Source of the DNA: Chloroflexota bacterium
Lineage (GTDB): Bacteria > Chloroflexota > UBA11872
Length of the DNA stretch: 64,000 bases
NCBI GenBank assembly: GCA_011523785.1
Contig: WTFW01000063.1
Span: 1,615-65,614 of the forward strand
Reading direction: 5' to 3'
Position numbers and translations under genes: made by a program. Positions 32,941-43,770 of this stretch are shown here, piece after piece. The notes beneath the pieces were generated by a model that was given only the letters and a program-made list of their open reading frames with translations, searched no databases and was not told where the DNA came from. Position 1 is the stretch's first letter, and every line of letters starts with the position of its first letter.

Positions 32941-33494
32941 TGGCCCGCCTTCTTGCACGTTTCCGGGATGAAATCCGACCGCAATTGATGCGTGAGTTCG
33001 GGTATGGCAACCCGTTGGCCGTGCCGCAGTTGGACCGCATCATCGTGAATATCGGGCTAGGCGAAGCGCTCGAAAACGATGCGTCGGTGGATCACGCCGT
33101 GCGGGATATTGCGACAATCACGGGCCAGCGCCCGGTTGTGACGCGGGCTCGCAAGAGCGTGGCTGCATTCAAGCTGCGGGCTGGGCAGCGCGTGGGCGTG
33201 AAGGGTACGCTGCGTGGCCCCCGCATGTACGAATTCATGGACCGACTCGTTACCGTTGCGCTGCCACGCATGCGTGACTTTCGCGGTGTTCGGCGGACCT
33301 CCTTCGATGGCCGCGGCAACTACGCGCTGGGACTGACCGAGCAGCTCATTTTTCCGGAAATCGACTACGACCAGATTGATCGGATTCGCGGTTTGCAGGT
33401 GGTAATCGTGACGACCGCGCGAACCGACGCTGAATCCCTACGGCTGCTTGAACTCCTCGGCATGCCGTTCCAACGCCTGGAAGAGGCGGCCTGA
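32937..33494 (+). CDS. rplE: 50S ribosomal protein L5
   Basis: The L5 core is present and the gene overlaps rplX by 4 nt. Confidence 0.95.
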   Translation: MMARLLARFRDEIRPQLMREFGYGNPLAVPQLDRIIVNIGLGEALENDASVDHAVRDIATITGQRPVVTRARKSVAAFKLRAGQRVGVKGTLRGPRMYEFMDRLVTVALPRMRDFRGVRRTSFDGRGNYALGLTEQLIFPEIDYDQIDRIRGLQVVIVTTARTDAESLRLLELLGMPFQRLEEAA

Positions 33495-33503
33495 GGTTCG
33501 CAT

Positions 33504-33743
33504 ATGGCTCGAAAGGCGAAGATTGAAAAGTGGAAGCGCGAACGCGAGGCGTGGCTGGACCCCGAGTTTGAGTCCAAGTCCATTCGCGGTCGGAAACTGC
33601 GTTTCAAAGTGCGCTATCGCAACCGGTGCCGGCTCTGCGGGCGTCCGCGCGCGCACATACGGCGATTCGGCATCTGCCGAATCTGCTTCCGGGAACTCGC
33701 CGTGAAGGGGCACATCCCGGGCGTGACGAAAGCCAGTTGGTGA
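33504..33743 (+). CDS. rpsZ: 30S ribosomal protein S14 type Z (zinc-binding), with an internal insertion of about 18 aa
   Basis: The CxxC...CxxC zinc motif is present (CRLCGRP...CRICFRELA...KASW). It is 79 aa against a typical 61 aa. Confidence 0.88.
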   Translation: MARKAKIEKWKREREAWLDPEFESKSIRGRKLRFKVRYRNRCRLCGRPRAHIRRFGICRICFRELAVKGHIPGVTKASW

Positions 33744-33750
33744 GCCGACG

Positions 33751-34140
33751 ATGACGGACCCAATTGCGGACATGCTGACGCGGCTGCGGAATGCTGTCGC
33801 GGCGCGTCACACCAAGGTCCGCATCCCGCATTCAAAGACCAAAGCCCGAATCGCGGCCCTGCTTGCCGACGAAGGCTTTGTCGGGTCCATTGAGACTCTC
33901 CACGAGGGCCATCGCGCCTGGTTGGAAGTGACGCTGCGATACCAAAACGGCACGCCCACGTTTGGCGGCGCCAAGCGCGTCAGCCGTCCCGGTCTGCGTA
34001 TCCATACGCGGGCGCGCGAGATTCCGCGGGTCATGGGCGGTATTGGTACTGCTGTTGTCTCAACCTCCCAGGGCATCATGTCCGGTCGTGAAGCTGCCAA
34101 ACGTCGCCTGGGCGGCGAAGTCATCTGTTTCGTCTGGTAG
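33751..34140 (+). CDS. rpsH: 30S ribosomal protein S8
   Basis: N-terminus MTDPIADMLTRLRNA... Confidence 0.95.
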   Translation: MTDPIADMLTRLRNAVAARHTKVRIPHSKTKARIAALLADEGFVGSIETLHEGHRAWLEVTLRYQNGTPTFGGAKRVSRPGLRIHTRAREIPRVMGGIGTAVVSTSQGIMSGREAAKRRLGGEVICFVW

Positions 34141-34144
34141 GCCC

Positions 34145-34696
34145 ATGTCCCGCATTGGTATGACCCCCATCGATGTTCCTGACGGAGTGACCGTCAGCTT
34201 TGACACGGAAAATGTCGTCACGGTAACGGGGCCCAAGGGCGAGTTGGTCCAGGCGCTACCGCCCATGATTACGTTTACGCGCGAGAACGGACGTGTGGTG
34301 GCCAGCCGTCCCACCGACGAGCACCGGATCCGCGCCCTGCATGGGCTGGCTCGCCAGTTGGTGGCCAACATGATCCTCGGCGTCACCCAGGGCTATGAAA
34401 AACGGCTTGAGATCCAGGGCACCGGATATCGGGTGCAACTCCAGGGCGCCACGCTCGACTTGCAGCTGGGGTTTACCCATCCGCAACGACGCCGGGCGCC
34501 TGACGGCATCGAGTTCGAGGTGCCCGACCCGACCCATATCATCATTCGAGGTATCGACAAGCAAGCGGTGGGCCAGATTGCGGCGGAGATTCGAGCAATC
34601 CGCCCCGCCGACCCCTACAAGGGTCATGGTCTCCGCTACCAGGGCGAAGTTGTACGGCGAAAGCCCGGCAAGACCGCTGCAACGGTCGTCGCATAG
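34145..34696 (+). CDS. rplF: 50S ribosomal protein L6
   Basis: The true start is ATG 34145 (MSRIGMTPIDVPDGVTV...). The track ORF's upstream portion is a shadow. Confidence 0.93.
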   Translation: MSRIGMTPIDVPDGVTVSFDTENVVTVTGPKGELVQALPPMITFTRENGRVVASRPTDEHRIRALHGLARQLVANMILGVTQGYEKRLEIQGTGYRVQLQGATLDLQLGFTHPQRRRAPDGIEFEVPDPTHIIIRGIDKQAVGQIAAEIRAIRPADPYKGHGLRYQGEVVRRKPGKTAATVVA

Positions 34697-34708
34697 GTGG
34701 ATTGACGA

Positions 34709-35062
34709 ATGGCAGCTGAGACTCGACGAGCGGCACGCATACGGAGGCACCGCCGCATTCGCCAGCGGATCGCCGGTCGTCCCGAGCGACCGCGGCTCGC
34801 GGTGTTTCGTAGCCTCAAGCACACCTACGCCCAGGTCATAGACGACGTGGCCGGCCATACGGTGGCCGCCGCCTCGTCGTGTGAGTCCTCAGCGGAGGGC
34901 GCCACCAAGCTCGAGCGCGCAGCGGACGTTGGTGCTCGCCTGGCGAAGCGCGCGGAGGAACTTGACATAAGCGCCGTCGTGTTCGATCGCGGCGGCCATC
35001 GCTACCACGGGCGCGTCAAGGCGTTGGCCGACGCCCTGCGCGCTGGGGGCATTGCACTATGA
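34709..35062 (+). CDS. rplR: 50S ribosomal protein L18
   Basis: The L18 core is present: [18 protein letters not shown]... Confidence 0.93.
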   Translation: MAAETRRAARIRRHRRIRQRIAGRPERPRLAVFRSLKHTYAQVIDDVAGHTVAAASSCESSAEGATKLERAADVGARLAKRAEELDISAVVFDRGGHRYHGRVKALADALRAGGIAL

Positions 35063-35604
35063 CGATGGATTCCAGGCTTGCCCGAGGCGGCCACGACGCA
35101 GCCCGAGATTCCGGCGACCTTCATCGTCTGGACGACCGCGTCGTGCGCATCAAGCGCGTGGCCAAGGTTGTTAAGGGCGGTCGCCGATTCGGATTTAATG
35201 CAATTGTCGTGGTTGGCGACCGTCGCGGGCATGTTGGTGTGGGGATCGGTCGGGCCAACGAGGTCGTGGCGGCCATTCGCAAGGGTCAGGAGCGCGCTCG
35301 GCGCTCCCTGATTGAGATTCCCCTGACCGAAGATGGCTCAATTCCACACTATGTCGAAGAGAGCTATCGGGCTTCCAAGGTCGTCCTTCGCCCCGCCCGG
35401 CCCGGCACGGGAGTCATTGCTGGCGGCGCGGTACGGGCCGTGCTTGAACTTGCCGGCGTTCGCAATCTCCTCACCAAGATCATTGGCTCTACCAATGCGG
35501 TGAACGTGGTGCGCGCCACGGTGAATGGCCTGGCGAGCCTTCAGATACCTGAAGAGACCGTGGCCCGCCGCCGACAGGCCGTCGGGGCATCCTCTGATGA
35601 CTGA
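35059..35604 (+). CDS. rpsE: 30S ribosomal protein S5
   Basis: S5 motifs [18 protein letters not shown] are present. Confidence 0.95.
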   Translation: MTMDSRLARGGHDAARDSGDLHRLDDRVVRIKRVAKVVKGGRRFGFNAIVVVGDRRGHVGVGIGRANEVVAAIRKGQERARRSLIEIPLTEDGSIPHYVEESYRASKVVLRPARPGTGVIAGGAVRAVLELAGVRNLLTKIIGSTNAVNVVRATVNGLASLQIPEETVARRRQAVGASSDD

Positions 35605-35797
35605 ACTGCGCCTGCGTCAGGTGCGGAGCTCCATCGGATCCCGGGACTCGCAGCGTGACACGCTCAGGGCTCTGGGTCTGGGTGCACTTGGCCAAACGTC
35701 GTCTCGGCCCGACACGGCGGACGTTCGGGCCATGGTCAAGGTCGTGCAACACCTCGTTGAGGTCGAGTCCGACATCCCGAACGGCGACCAGGCATGA
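35597..35797 (+). CDS. rpmD: 50S ribosomal protein L30
   Basis: The true start is ATG 35597, overlapping the rpsE stop (ATGACTGA). The sequence is [15 protein letters not shown]... Confidence 0.85.
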   Translation: MTELRLRQVRSSIGSRDSQRDTLRALGLGALGQTSSRPDTADVRAMVKVVQHLVEVESDIPNGDQA

Positions 35798-36240
35798 AAC
35801 CGCATCAAATCACGGCAGTTGCGCCACCGCGCAAGCGACGTCGTCGCGTTGGCCGCGGCGAGGGATCCGGGAAGGGCAAGACGACCGGCCGCGGCACCCT
35901 GGGTCAGGGCGCTCGAAGCGGTGGCAACGCGTACCCCGGATTCGAAGGCGGGCAGACGCGCCTGCTCATGCGTTTCCCCAATCGTCGCGGCTTCACCAAC
36001 CACCGATTCAGGCGCGACTTCCAGCCGGTCAACGTGAGTGCGCTGAACGTCTTTCCAGATGGATCGGTGGTTGGGCCTGAGGAACTCAAGGGCAAGGGGC
36101 TCATTGAGCCCGGCTTGTTCAAGATCCTCGGCGACGGTGACCTGGAACACGCCTTGACGGTACGCGCACCGAAGTTTTCGGCGACGGCCAAGGCGAAGAT
36201 CGAAAGCGCCGGCGGTTCCGTCGAGGAGTTGAGCGAGTGA
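35794..36240 (+). CDS. rplO: 50S ribosomal protein L15
   Basis: A glycine-rich N-terminus (GRGEGSGKGKTTGRG) is present. Confidence 0.93.
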   Translation: MKPHQITAVAPPRKRRRRVGRGEGSGKGKTTGRGTLGQGARSGGNAYPGFEGGQTRLLMRFPNRRGFTNHRFRRDFQPVNVSALNVFPDGSVVGPEELKGKGLIEPGLFKILGDGDLEHALTVRAPKFSATAKAKIESAGGSVEELSE

Positions 36241-37517
36241 TCGAGACGGCCGTCGCGGCTTTCCAGCTGCCCGACGTTCGTCGCAAGATTCTCTTCACAA
36301 TCGGCCTTCTGATCGTATTCAGGGCGGTTGCGCACATCCCGCTGCCCGGTGTGAACACGGCACTGCTGGCCGACTTCTTCGCCGGCAACCAGTTGCTGGG
36401 GTTCATGAACCTCCTGTCCGGCGGGGCGCTGGAGAACTTTTCGGTCGTCGCGTTGGGTGTGTATCCCTACGTCACCGCCAACATCGCTTCAACGGTCCTG
36501 GTTCCGTTGATCCCGCCGTTGCAGGAACTCTCGCGGGAAGGTGAATCCGGTCGACGCAAGATCGCGCAGTGGACCCGCCTGGCCACGATTCCTTTCGCCA
36601 TGCTGCAGGGGTTTGGCCAGATTCAGATCCTGCGCTCAGCCCAGCAAGGTCTGTTGTCGCCAACGCTGGGCCCGTTCGACATCGCTGTGATGCTGATCGT
36701 AATGACCGCGGGGACGATGTTTCTGCTTTGGATCGGCGAGTTGATCACCGAGAACGGCATTGGGAACGGGGTCTCGATCATCATCTTTGCCGGCATCGTG
36801 GCCGGTGCTCCCGCGGCGTTAGGCCAGTCGCTGTTCGCTGGCCAGAACATCGGCGGCTTCATTGCCGTCGTGATCATTGGCCTCATCATGATCGCGGCCA
36901 TCGTGTTCGTGCAGGAAGCTCAGCGTCGAATTCCGGTGCACTACGCCAAGCGCATCCGGGGAACCCGCATGTACGGCGGCCAGAGCACGCACATCCCGCT
37001 CAAGGTCAACTCGGCGGGCATGATTCCCCTGATTTTTGCCTTTTCGCTGATGCTGCTTCCAGCCACGGTTGCCAGCTACTTCGAGACATCCGAAGTATCG
37101 TGGTTGGCCAATGCGGCCGGCGCCATCGCGATCACCCTCAGCCCTGGCAACGGCATCTACTGGGTCTTCACGTTTTTGCTTGTGATCGTATTTACGTATG
37201 TGTACACGCTGGTCGTCTTTCAGCAGCAAAACCTGGCGGAGAACCTGCAGAAGAACGGCGGCTTTATCCCGGGTATCCGTCCCGGCCGTCCCACGCACCA
37301 GTACCTGACGGGAGTCGTCAACCGCATCACGCTGGCTGGCGCGGTATTCCTGGGAATCATCGCCGTCGTGCCCTTCGTGGCCCAGACCGTAACCGGTGCC
37401 GACGCGGTGGCCATCAGCAGCACGGGGATGCTGATCGTCGTGGGCGTCGTGCTGGACACCATGCGCCAGCTTGAATCGCAGTTGATGATGCGCAACTACG
37501 AAGGGTTCATTCGGTAG
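36237..37517 (+). CDS. secY: Preprotein translocase subunit SecY
   Basis: Ten transmembrane segments are predicted and SecY signature regions are present. Confidence 0.95.
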   Translation: MIETAVAAFQLPDVRRKILFTIGLLIVFRAVAHIPLPGVNTALLADFFAGNQLLGFMNLLSGGALENFSVVALGVYPYVTANIASTVLVPLIPPLQELSREGESGRRKIAQWTRLATIPFAMLQGFGQIQILRSAQQGLLSPTLGPFDIAVMLIVMTAGTMFLLWIGELITENGIGNGVSIIIFAGIVAGAPAALGQSLFAGQNIGGFIAVVIIGLIMIAAIVFVQEAQRRIPVHYAKRIRGTRMYGGQSTHIPLKVNSAGMIPLIFAFSLMLLPATVASYFETSEVSWLANAAGAIAITLSPGNGIYWVFTFLLVIVFTYVYTLVVFQQQNLAENLQKNGGFIPGIRPGRPTHQYLTGVVNRITLAGAVFLGIIAVVPFVAQTVTGADAVAISSTGMLIVVGVVLDTMRQLESQLMMRNYEGFIR

Positions 37518-37521
37518 GCGC

Positions 37522-38094
37522 ATGGGCGAGCGTCCGGTGATCGTCGTCCTGCTTGGCCCCCCTGGTGCTGGCAAGGGCACGCAGGGTGAGCGCCTGGCCT
37601 GCCGCATGGCGCTGGATCACGTGTCCACCGGCGATCTCTTTCGCGATGCGGTTACCGCCGGATCGCCGGCGGGGCTGCGCGCCGAGTCCTATCTGCTCAG
37701 CGGCCAACTCGTACCCGATCAGGTCGTACTGCAGGTGATCGAGGAGTACATGGGCGACGCTCGGGGACGTGATATCTGCTTTGATGGCTTCCCGCGAACG
37801 CGGAACCAGGCCGAAAAGCTGGATGACCTGCTCAGGCAGTTCAACCTCTCCGTAACCGCCGCGGTCTACATCGACGTGCCCGACCACATCGCGCTACGGC
37901 GTCTGCTCGACCGCGGTCGGGCGGACGATACCGAAGAAACAGCCCGCCACCGCTTGCAGGTCTACCACCAGGACACCGAGCCGCTCATCGACCACTACCG
38001 TGAGGCTGGCGCCCTGATTGAAGTGAACGGCATCGGCGATGTTGAATCCGTCGCGCGTCGCGTCTGGACCACCTTGAAGGCCGTAATCAGGTGA
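37522..38094 (+). CDS. adk: Adenylate kinase
   Basis: A P-loop GPPGAGKGTQ is present. It is a short-lid type without a zinc finger. Confidence 0.93.
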   Translation: MGERPVIVVLLGPPGAGKGTQGERLACRMALDHVSTGDLFRDAVTAGSPAGLRAESYLLSGQLVPDQVVLQVIEEYMGDARGRDICFDGFPRTRNQAEKLDDLLRQFNLSVTAAVYIDVPDHIALRRLLDRGRADDTEETARHRLQVYHQDTEPLIDHYREAGALIEVNGIGDVESVARRVWTTLKAVIR

Positions 38095-38873
38095 TGTCCG
38101 GTTCGATCAAACCGAAGACCCCTGAGCAGGTCGAAGCCATGGCCGCCTCAGGCCGCGTCCTGGCCGGCGCGCTGAACGAGATCGAGACGGCGGTCTGTCC
38201 CGGCGTAACCACCGGCGAACTCGACGCGATGGCCGAGACCTTCATCCGCGACCACGGCGGCATCCCGTCGTTTCAAGGCGTGCCCGCGGCCGACCCCGGC
38301 GTCAAGCCCTTTCCCGGCGCAATCTGCGCGTCGATCAATGACGCAATCGTGCACGGAATTCCGGGTAGCGCGAAGCTGCGGGAAGGCGATATCATTAGTC
38401 TGGACTGTGGAGTGATTCTCGACGGCTGGCACTCCGACTCAGCGCGTACGCTCGCGGTTGGCGAGATTGACCCTGACGCGAGCCGCCTGCTTGATGTAAC
38501 TCGCGCCGCACTCGCTGAAGCTATCCGTGCCTCCGTCGCGGGTGGCCACATCGGAGATATCGGAGCAGCCGTGCAGAAGCTGGTCGAGGAGGCCGGACTA
38601 ACCATCGTGAGACGATTCGTCGGACACGGAATCGGGCGCACCATGCACGAGTCGCCCCAGGTGCCCAACTTCGGGCGTCCTGGCAGTGGGCCAGAGTTGG
38701 TTCCGGGAATCACCCTCGCTATCGAGCCGATGGTCAACATCGGGTCCGCCGGCGTGGCCTTCGATTCCGACGGCTGGACAGCGCGCACGGACGATGGCTC
38801 GCTGTCCGCCCACTTCGAACACACCGTGGCAATCACCAACGCAGGACCGCGCGTCCTTACGGAAGCTGTCTGA
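38091..38873 (+). CDS. map: Methionine aminopeptidase type I
   Basis: The metal ligands and fold are consistent with MetAP I. Confidence 0.93.
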   Translation: MMSGSIKPKTPEQVEAMAASGRVLAGALNEIETAVCPGVTTGELDAMAETFIRDHGGIPSFQGVPAADPGVKPFPGAICASINDAIVHGIPGSAKLREGDIISLDCGVILDGWHSDSARTLAVGEIDPDASRLLDVTRAALAEAIRASVAGGHIGDIGAAVQKLVEEAGLTIVRRFVGHGIGRTMHESPQVPNFGRPGSGPELVPGITLAIEPMVNIGSAGVAFDSDGWTARTDDGSLSAHFEHTVAITNAGPRVLTEAV

Positions 38874-38878
38874 GGTTC

Positions 38879-39226
38879 GTGGTGCCGCCACCCAGAAACC
38901 AGAGAAACGAAGCGCCGGCCCCGGCCGACGAGTCGTCCAGCAAGACTCCCGTCATCGAAATCGAAGGCGAGGTCGTCGACTCACTGCCGAACACGATGTT
39001 CCTCGTCAAGCCAATTGGGCCAAATGGTCAGCCGCTTCGCATTCAGACGGGGGACGGCGACGATGACGAGCCGCAGGCCATCCTCGCCCATTTGGCCGGC
39101 AAGATGCGCCTACGCTTTATTCGCGTAGGCGTTGGCGACCGTGTACGTATGCAACTCTCACCCTACGACCTTTCGCGCGGGCGAATTACCTGGCGGCTGC
39201 GCGCCGATCAGCGAGTGGAGCGGTAG
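38879..39226 (+). CDS. infA: Translation initiation factor IF-1 with N-terminal extension and internal insertion of about 15-19 aa
   Basis: The start is GTG. The conserved S1-like OB-fold (LPNTMF...AHLAGKMR...[11 protein letters not shown]) is interrupted by [19 protein letters not shown]. Confidence 0.8.
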   Translation: MVPPPRNQRNEAPAPADESSSKTPVIEIEGEVVDSLPNTMFLVKPIGPNGQPLRIQTGDGDDDEPQAILAHLAGKMRLRFIRVGVGDRVRMQLSPYDLSRGRITWRLRADQRVER

Positions 39227-39231
39227 CGACT

Positions 39232-39345
39232 ATGCGAGTCTCGGCTTCCGTCAAACCACGGTGCGACCGCTGCCGCGTGATCCGGCGGCATGGGCGTGTC
39301 ATGGTCATTTGCTCAAACCCGAAACACAAGCAGCGACAAGGCTAA
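39232..39345 (+). CDS. rpmJ: 50S ribosomal protein L36 (37 aa)
   Basis: It is not in the ORF track. It translates to [37 protein letters not shown], which carries the C-x2-C-x12-C-x4-H zinc-ribbon pattern of L36. It sits in the canonical infA-rpmJ-rpsM position. Confidence 0.88.
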   Translation: MRVSASVKPRCDRCRVIRRHGRVMVICSNPKHKQRQG

Positions 39346-39357
39346 GGACGGGGACAC

Positions 39358-39738
39358 ATGGCTCGTATTGCCGGCGTTGACATTCCACGCCACAAGCCAG
39401 TGGTGATTGCACTGACCCACATCTACGGCATCGGACGTACCACCAGTGCCGAGATTGTCCGACAGGCCGACGTCAATCCGCAGGCTCGCGTCAGTGACCT
39501 GACCGAGGCGGAGCTCGGGCGGGTCCGGGCCTTGATCGGTCGCGAGCGGGTTGAGGGGGATTTGCGCCGCGTGGTGCAGACCAGCATCGCCCGACTGCGT
39601 GAGATCGGTTCCTACCGGGGGCTGCGACACCGAATCGGGCTCCCAACGCGCGGACAGCGCACGCGAACCAACGCCCGCACGCGCAAAGGGCCGCGCCGGA
39701 CGGTCGGTATTCGCAAGCGCGTAATCAAGCGAGGCTAG
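39358..39738 (+). CDS. rpsM: 30S ribosomal protein S13
   Basis: N-terminus [13 protein letters not shown]... Confidence 0.97.
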   Translation: MARIAGVDIPRHKPVVIALTHIYGIGRTTSAEIVRQADVNPQARVSDLTEAELGRVRALIGRERVEGDLRRVVQTSIARLREIGSYRGLRHRIGLPTRGQRTRTNARTRKGPRRTVGIRKRVIKRG

Positions 39739-39742
39739 ACGT

Positions 39743-40132
39743 ATGGCCGAACGTTCAAGTCGATCCCGGCGTCGCAGTCGGGCGCCCGTGCCACGAGGCG
39801 CCGCGCACATCCACGCCTCCTTCAACAACACCATCATCACCATTACCGACCCCATGGGCGATACCGTCGCGTCGGCGAGTGGCGGAACCATCGGCGCACG
39901 TGGATCGCGCAAGAGCACGCCGTTCGCCGCGCAACAGGCTGCGGAGCAAGCCGCGCAGCGCGCCATGGACGCGGGAATGCGCGACATCAACGTGTTTGTC
40001 AAAGGTCCAGGTTCAGGTCGTGACGCCGCCGTGCGTGCGTTACAGGCCGTTGGGCTCAATGTCTCGAGCATCTCCGACGTCACGCCTATCCCTCATAACG
40101 GTCCGCGGCCGCCCAAGCGCCGGCGCGTGTAG
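39743..40132 (+). CDS. rpsK: 30S ribosomal protein S11
   Basis: Sequence: [16 protein letters not shown]... Confidence 0.97.
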   Translation: MAERSSRSRRRSRAPVPRGAAHIHASFNNTIITITDPMGDTVASASGGTIGARGSRKSTPFAAQQAAEQAAQRAMDAGMRDINVFVKGPGSGRDAAVRALQAVGLNVSSISDVTPIPHNGPRPPKRRRV

Positions 40133-40162
40133 GCCGCAACCAGACCAGGGAGACGAATTCGA

Positions 40163-40795
40163 ATGGCCCGCTATACAGGACCTGTTTGCCGCCTCTGCCG
40201 GCGCGAGGGTGAGAAGCTCTTTCTCAAGGGCGACCGTTGCCACACACCCAAGTGCGCCATCGAGCGCCGCGGTGATCGCGGCGGTCCGGGAGCCCGCGGT
40301 TTCAGCCGGAGGCGGCCGACGGAGTACGCCATCCAGTTGCGCGAAAAGCAGAAGGCTCGACGGATCTACGGAGTGCTCGAACGCCAGTTTCGTCGGCACT
40401 ATCGGATGGCCGGCAAACAGAGTGGGCCGCGCGGCGAGCGCCTGCTGCAGTTGCTGGAGCTACGAGCGGACAGCGTCGTATATCGGATGGGCTTCGGGCT
40501 GAGCCGCGCGCACGCGCGTCAACTCATTCAGCATGGCCACATCGAATTGAACAGCCGCAAGCACGACATCCCGTCGGCTGTTCTGGGCGTCGGCGACAGA
40601 GTTCGGCTGCGCCAGAAGAGCCGCAACATCGACACTGTCAAGAACGCAATGGACCGTGCCGAAGCGCTGGGCCGGCCAGCGTGGCTTTCGGTAGATCCCG
40701 AGTCGTTCGAAGGCACCATTAACGCGATCCCGGATCGCAACCAGATCGACGCGACACTCAACGAGCAATTGATCGTCGAGTTCTACTCGCGCTAA
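40163..40795 (+). CDS. rpsD: 30S ribosomal protein S4
   Basis: N-terminus MARYTGPVCRLCRREG..., followed by an S4 domain. Confidence 0.97.
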   Translation: MARYTGPVCRLCRREGEKLFLKGDRCHTPKCAIERRGDRGGPGARGFSRRRPTEYAIQLREKQKARRIYGVLERQFRRHYRMAGKQSGPRGERLLQLLELRADSVVYRMGFGLSRAHARQLIQHGHIELNSRKHDIPSAVLGVGDRVRLRQKSRNIDTVKNAMDRAEALGRPAWLSVDPESFEGTINAIPDRNQIDATLNEQLIVEFYSR

Positions 40796-40843
40796 TTCAT
40801 GCGCGACAGTCCGTGGAAGCGGACAGGAAGGTAAGGACCAGCG

Positions 40844-41821
40844 GTGTTTCTTGGACCCGTTGAATCAGCTCAGGCCGAAGCCGACATCCAGCCGACCGTG
40901 CAGATGGTCGAGGCTGGCGATGACTTCGCGCATTTTCATATCGAGCCGCTGCGCCGCGGATTCGCGCACACGCTAGGCAACCCCTTGCGCCGCGTGCTGC
41001 TCTCGGCCCTGCCGGGCGCGGCCATCGCCACCGCTCGCGTAGACAGCGCCTTGCATGAGTTCAGCACCCTGGATTTCATGCGCGAAGACCTTGTTGAGTT
41101 TCTTCTCAACGTCAAAGGCGTTCGGCTTAGATCGCACGACGCCGATTCCGCCATTCTCTATTTGGAGGCTGAAGGTCCCACCGAGGTCACCGCCGGTGAC
41201 CTTGAGCTTCCAAGCGGTGTCGAAATCGTAAACGCCGAACATCATCTGGCCTCCCTTACGGACGCTGGATTCCTGCGGGCGGAGTTTTCTGTCGAGACGG
41301 GCGCTGGATATGTCGGCAGCGAGATGCGCGGCGATCTGCCGATCGGCGTCATTCCGCTCGACATGGTGTTTAGTCCGGTCACCAAGGTCGAATACCACGT
41401 GGAACCGGCGCGCGTCGGGCGCGAGTCCGAGTTCGATCGGCTGGTGCTCAAGATCTGGACCGACGGTGTCATGAGCCCGGCGGATGCCCTACGCGGTGCG
41501 GCGCAGGAGCTCATTGAGTCATTTCAACTCATCACGGGCGTTGACGAAACCATGGACGAGGTGCCGTCCGCGTTCATACCGCCGATGCCGGAAGCCGAAG
41601 GCGATCCGTTGGAAGACCTGAAGCTCTCGAACCGAGCCTTGAACAGTCTCAAGCGGCATGAACTGGAGACAGTCCAGGAGCTTATTGGGATGTCCGAGAA
41701 TGACCTCTATGAGCTGCGTGGCATGGGCGAGCGGTTGGTCAACGAGATTCGCGAGGCCCTGGCATTGCGCGGTCTTGCGCTGGCCGATAACTCGTCGGCG
41801 CCGGACGAGGGCCAGGAGTAG
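40844..41821 (+). CDS. rpoA: DNA-directed RNA polymerase subunit alpha
   Basis: The start is GTG with a Shine-Dalgarno AAGGA upstream. The N-terminal domain and alpha-CTD are present. Confidence 0.93.
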   Translation: MFLGPVESAQAEADIQPTVQMVEAGDDFAHFHIEPLRRGFAHTLGNPLRRVLLSALPGAAIATARVDSALHEFSTLDFMREDLVEFLLNVKGVRLRSHDADSAILYLEAEGPTEVTAGDLELPSGVEIVNAEHHLASLTDAGFLRAEFSVETGAGYVGSEMRGDLPIGVIPLDMVFSPVTKVEYHVEPARVGRESEFDRLVLKIWTDGVMSPADALRGAAQELIESFQLITGVDETMDEVPSAFIPPMPEAEGDPLEDLKLSNRALNSLKRHELETVQELIGMSENDLYELRGMGERLVNEIREALALRGLALADNSSAPDEGQE

Positions 41822-41826
41822 GTCAG

Positions 41827-42177
41827 ATGCGGCATCGCCGACGCGGACGCCATCTTGGCCGCAACCCTTCGCAGCGCCGGGCGCTCAAGCGCAGTCTCGT
41901 GAGATCACTGATTCTGCACAGTCAGATCGACACCACGCTGGCGCGGGCCAAGGAGATTCGTCCAGACGTTGATCGCCTGATCACCCTGGCGAAGCGCGGC
42001 GATCTCCATGCCCGGCGACAGGCAATTGCTCGGATCCCGGACCCGGAGGCAATTGATCGGCTGTTTGAAGATCTGGCCGATCAGTACGCCGATCGACCCG
42101 GCGGCTATACGCGAATTCGACGTCTTGGTGTCCGCCTCGGCGACGGCGCGCCGCTGGCGCGCATGGAGCTGGTGTGA
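41827..42177 (+). CDS. rplQ: 50S ribosomal protein L17
   Basis: N-terminus [20 protein letters not shown]... Confidence 0.95.
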   Translation: MRHRRRGRHLGRNPSQRRALKRSLVRSLILHSQIDTTLARAKEIRPDVDRLITLAKRGDLHARRQAIARIPDPEAIDRLFEDLADQYADRPGGYTRIRRLGVRLGDGAPLARMELV

Positions 42178-42965
42178 CCGGGCTTCGAACCGTTCGCGCC
42201 ACGGTGGAGTACGACGGTGCGGGATTCCAGGGCTTTCAGCGGCAGCGCAGTTCGCGCACCGTGCAAGGTGTCCTGGAGGCCGCGATTCATGCCGCCACCG
42301 GCGACGAGGTAACAGTTGCCGGCGCCGGGCGGACCGACAGCGGAGTTCATGCCCTGGGGCAGGTGATGGCTTTTCGTACTGCGTCGAGTCTTGACGACGA
42401 CACGCTTCTCAGGGCCATGAACGCGCACTTGCCGGTAGACGTTGCGATCCGAGACCTCTCAACCGTGGCGCCGGCGTTTGATCCGCGTCGCGACGCCACC
42501 GCGCGCGTCTACGAGTACCGCATCGAGCAGCAGCCAGTGCGGCCCGTCCTGGACAGGGCGCGCGCATGGCACGTTCGGCAATCGCTTGATGTGGCGCGCA
42601 TGCGGTCGGCGGCCGCCGAATTGGTCGGGGGCCATGACTTCGACGCATTTACCGCGGGAGTCCAGGAGAGCACGAAGCGCGAGGTATTTGCGCTGGAAGT
42701 GTGGCGGGAAGGGAGCACCATTCGCGTTCGCATCGCAGCCAATGCGTTCCTGTACCGAATGGTGCGGCGGATCGTCGCGACCCTTGTTCGCGCCGGCCGT
42801 GGTGAAATCGACGCGGCGGATGTCGCAGCGCTCCTGAAGCCCGCAGCCAGGTCCCAGGTTCGCGGCACGGCTCCGGCGCACGGACTTACCTTGCTGCAGG
42901 TGGAGTATCCGAACGTGGCGTCTCGATACAATCGACCACAAATGACACAGGCGGTGACGTGGTGA
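42174..42965 (+). CDS. truA: tRNA pseudouridine(38-40) synthase
   Basis: TruA motifs are present ([25 protein letters not shown]). Confidence 0.9.
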   Translation: MTGLRTVRATVEYDGAGFQGFQRQRSSRTVQGVLEAAIHAATGDEVTVAGAGRTDSGVHALGQVMAFRTASSLDDDTLLRAMNAHLPVDVAIRDLSTVAPAFDPRRDATARVYEYRIEQQPVRPVLDRARAWHVRQSLDVARMRSAAAELVGGHDFDAFTAGVQESTKREVFALEVWREGSTIRVRIAANAFLYRMVRRIVATLVRAGRGEIDAADVAALLKPAARSQVRGTAPAHGLTLLQVEYPNVASRYNRPQMTQAVTW

Positions 42966-43378
42966 GCGATCAGAGCGGGCGGCGATGGGTGGTGGTTGAC
43001 GCCTCCGGACAAACGCTGGGGCGGCTGGCTACGCGCATCGCCCACGTGCTGCGTGGAAAAGACCAGCCGACGTTCACGCCGAACGTTGACGACGGCGCCG
43101 GAGTGATCGTGATTAACGCCGCGCGCGTTCGCGTCACCGGACGCAAGCTGGAGCAGAAGTTCTACGCCCGGCACAGCGGCTACCCGGGGGGGATTCGGAT
43201 GACGCGCCTGGACGACATGCTCGCCCAACGACCCGACCGGGTGATTCGACTTGCCGTTAAGGGAATGTTGCCGAAGACCACGCTCGGCCGCCGCGCATTG
43301 AAGCGGCTCCGTGTGTACGACGGCCCTGAACACCGTCACGAGGCCCAGCGGCCCCAGATTCTCGAGGTTGGCGCATGA
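42959..43378 (+). CDS. rplM: 50S ribosomal protein L13
   Basis: Sequence: [19 protein letters not shown]... Confidence 0.95.
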   Translation: MVSDQSGRRWVVVDASGQTLGRLATRIAHVLRGKDQPTFTPNVDDGAGVIVINAARVRVTGRKLEQKFYARHSGYPGGIRMTRLDDMLAQRPDRVIRLAVKGMLPKTTLGRRALKRLRVYDGPEHRHEAQRPQILEVGA

Positions 43379-43770
43379 CGCTTGAAGGCCACTACTACTA
43401 CGGGCTGGGACGCCGCAAGGCCGCGATCGCACAGGTCCGCGTCTACCCCGGGCACGGGCCGTTTGTTGTCAATGGGCGTCCGATCGAGGAATTCCTGTCC
43501 GTCCCCGATCATCGGTTTCACGCGCTGGAGCCGCTGCGAATGCTCGAAGAGATGTCCGTTGGCATTTCCGCGCGCGTGACCGGCGGTGGTACGCGCGGTC
43601 AGGCAGGAGCAATTCGGCTTGGGTTGGCGCGTGCGCTGGTGTCCATGGACGCTGAGAACCGACCGAAGCTCAAGCAGGCCGGCATGCTGACCCGTGATCC
43701 GCGGGCCAAGGAGCGTAAGAAGCCCGGCCTCGTTCGCGCGCGCAAGGCCAAGCAGTTCACCAAGCGCTAG
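43375..43770 (+). CDS. rpsI: 30S ribosomal protein S9
   Basis: The C-terminus [19 protein letters not shown] matches S9. Confidence 0.95.
   Translation: MTLEGHYYYGLGRRKAAIAQVRVYPGHGPFVVNGRPIEEFLSVPDHRFHALEPLRMLEEMSVGISARVTGGGTRGQAGAIRLGLARALVSMDAENRPKLKQAGMLTRDPRAKERKKPGLVRARKAKQFTKR

Noticed and set aside
36569-37474. 301-aa alternate-frame ORF inside secY
   Set aside because: The secY frame has clear homology throughout. This frame is Arg/His/Gly-rich with no transmembrane pattern.
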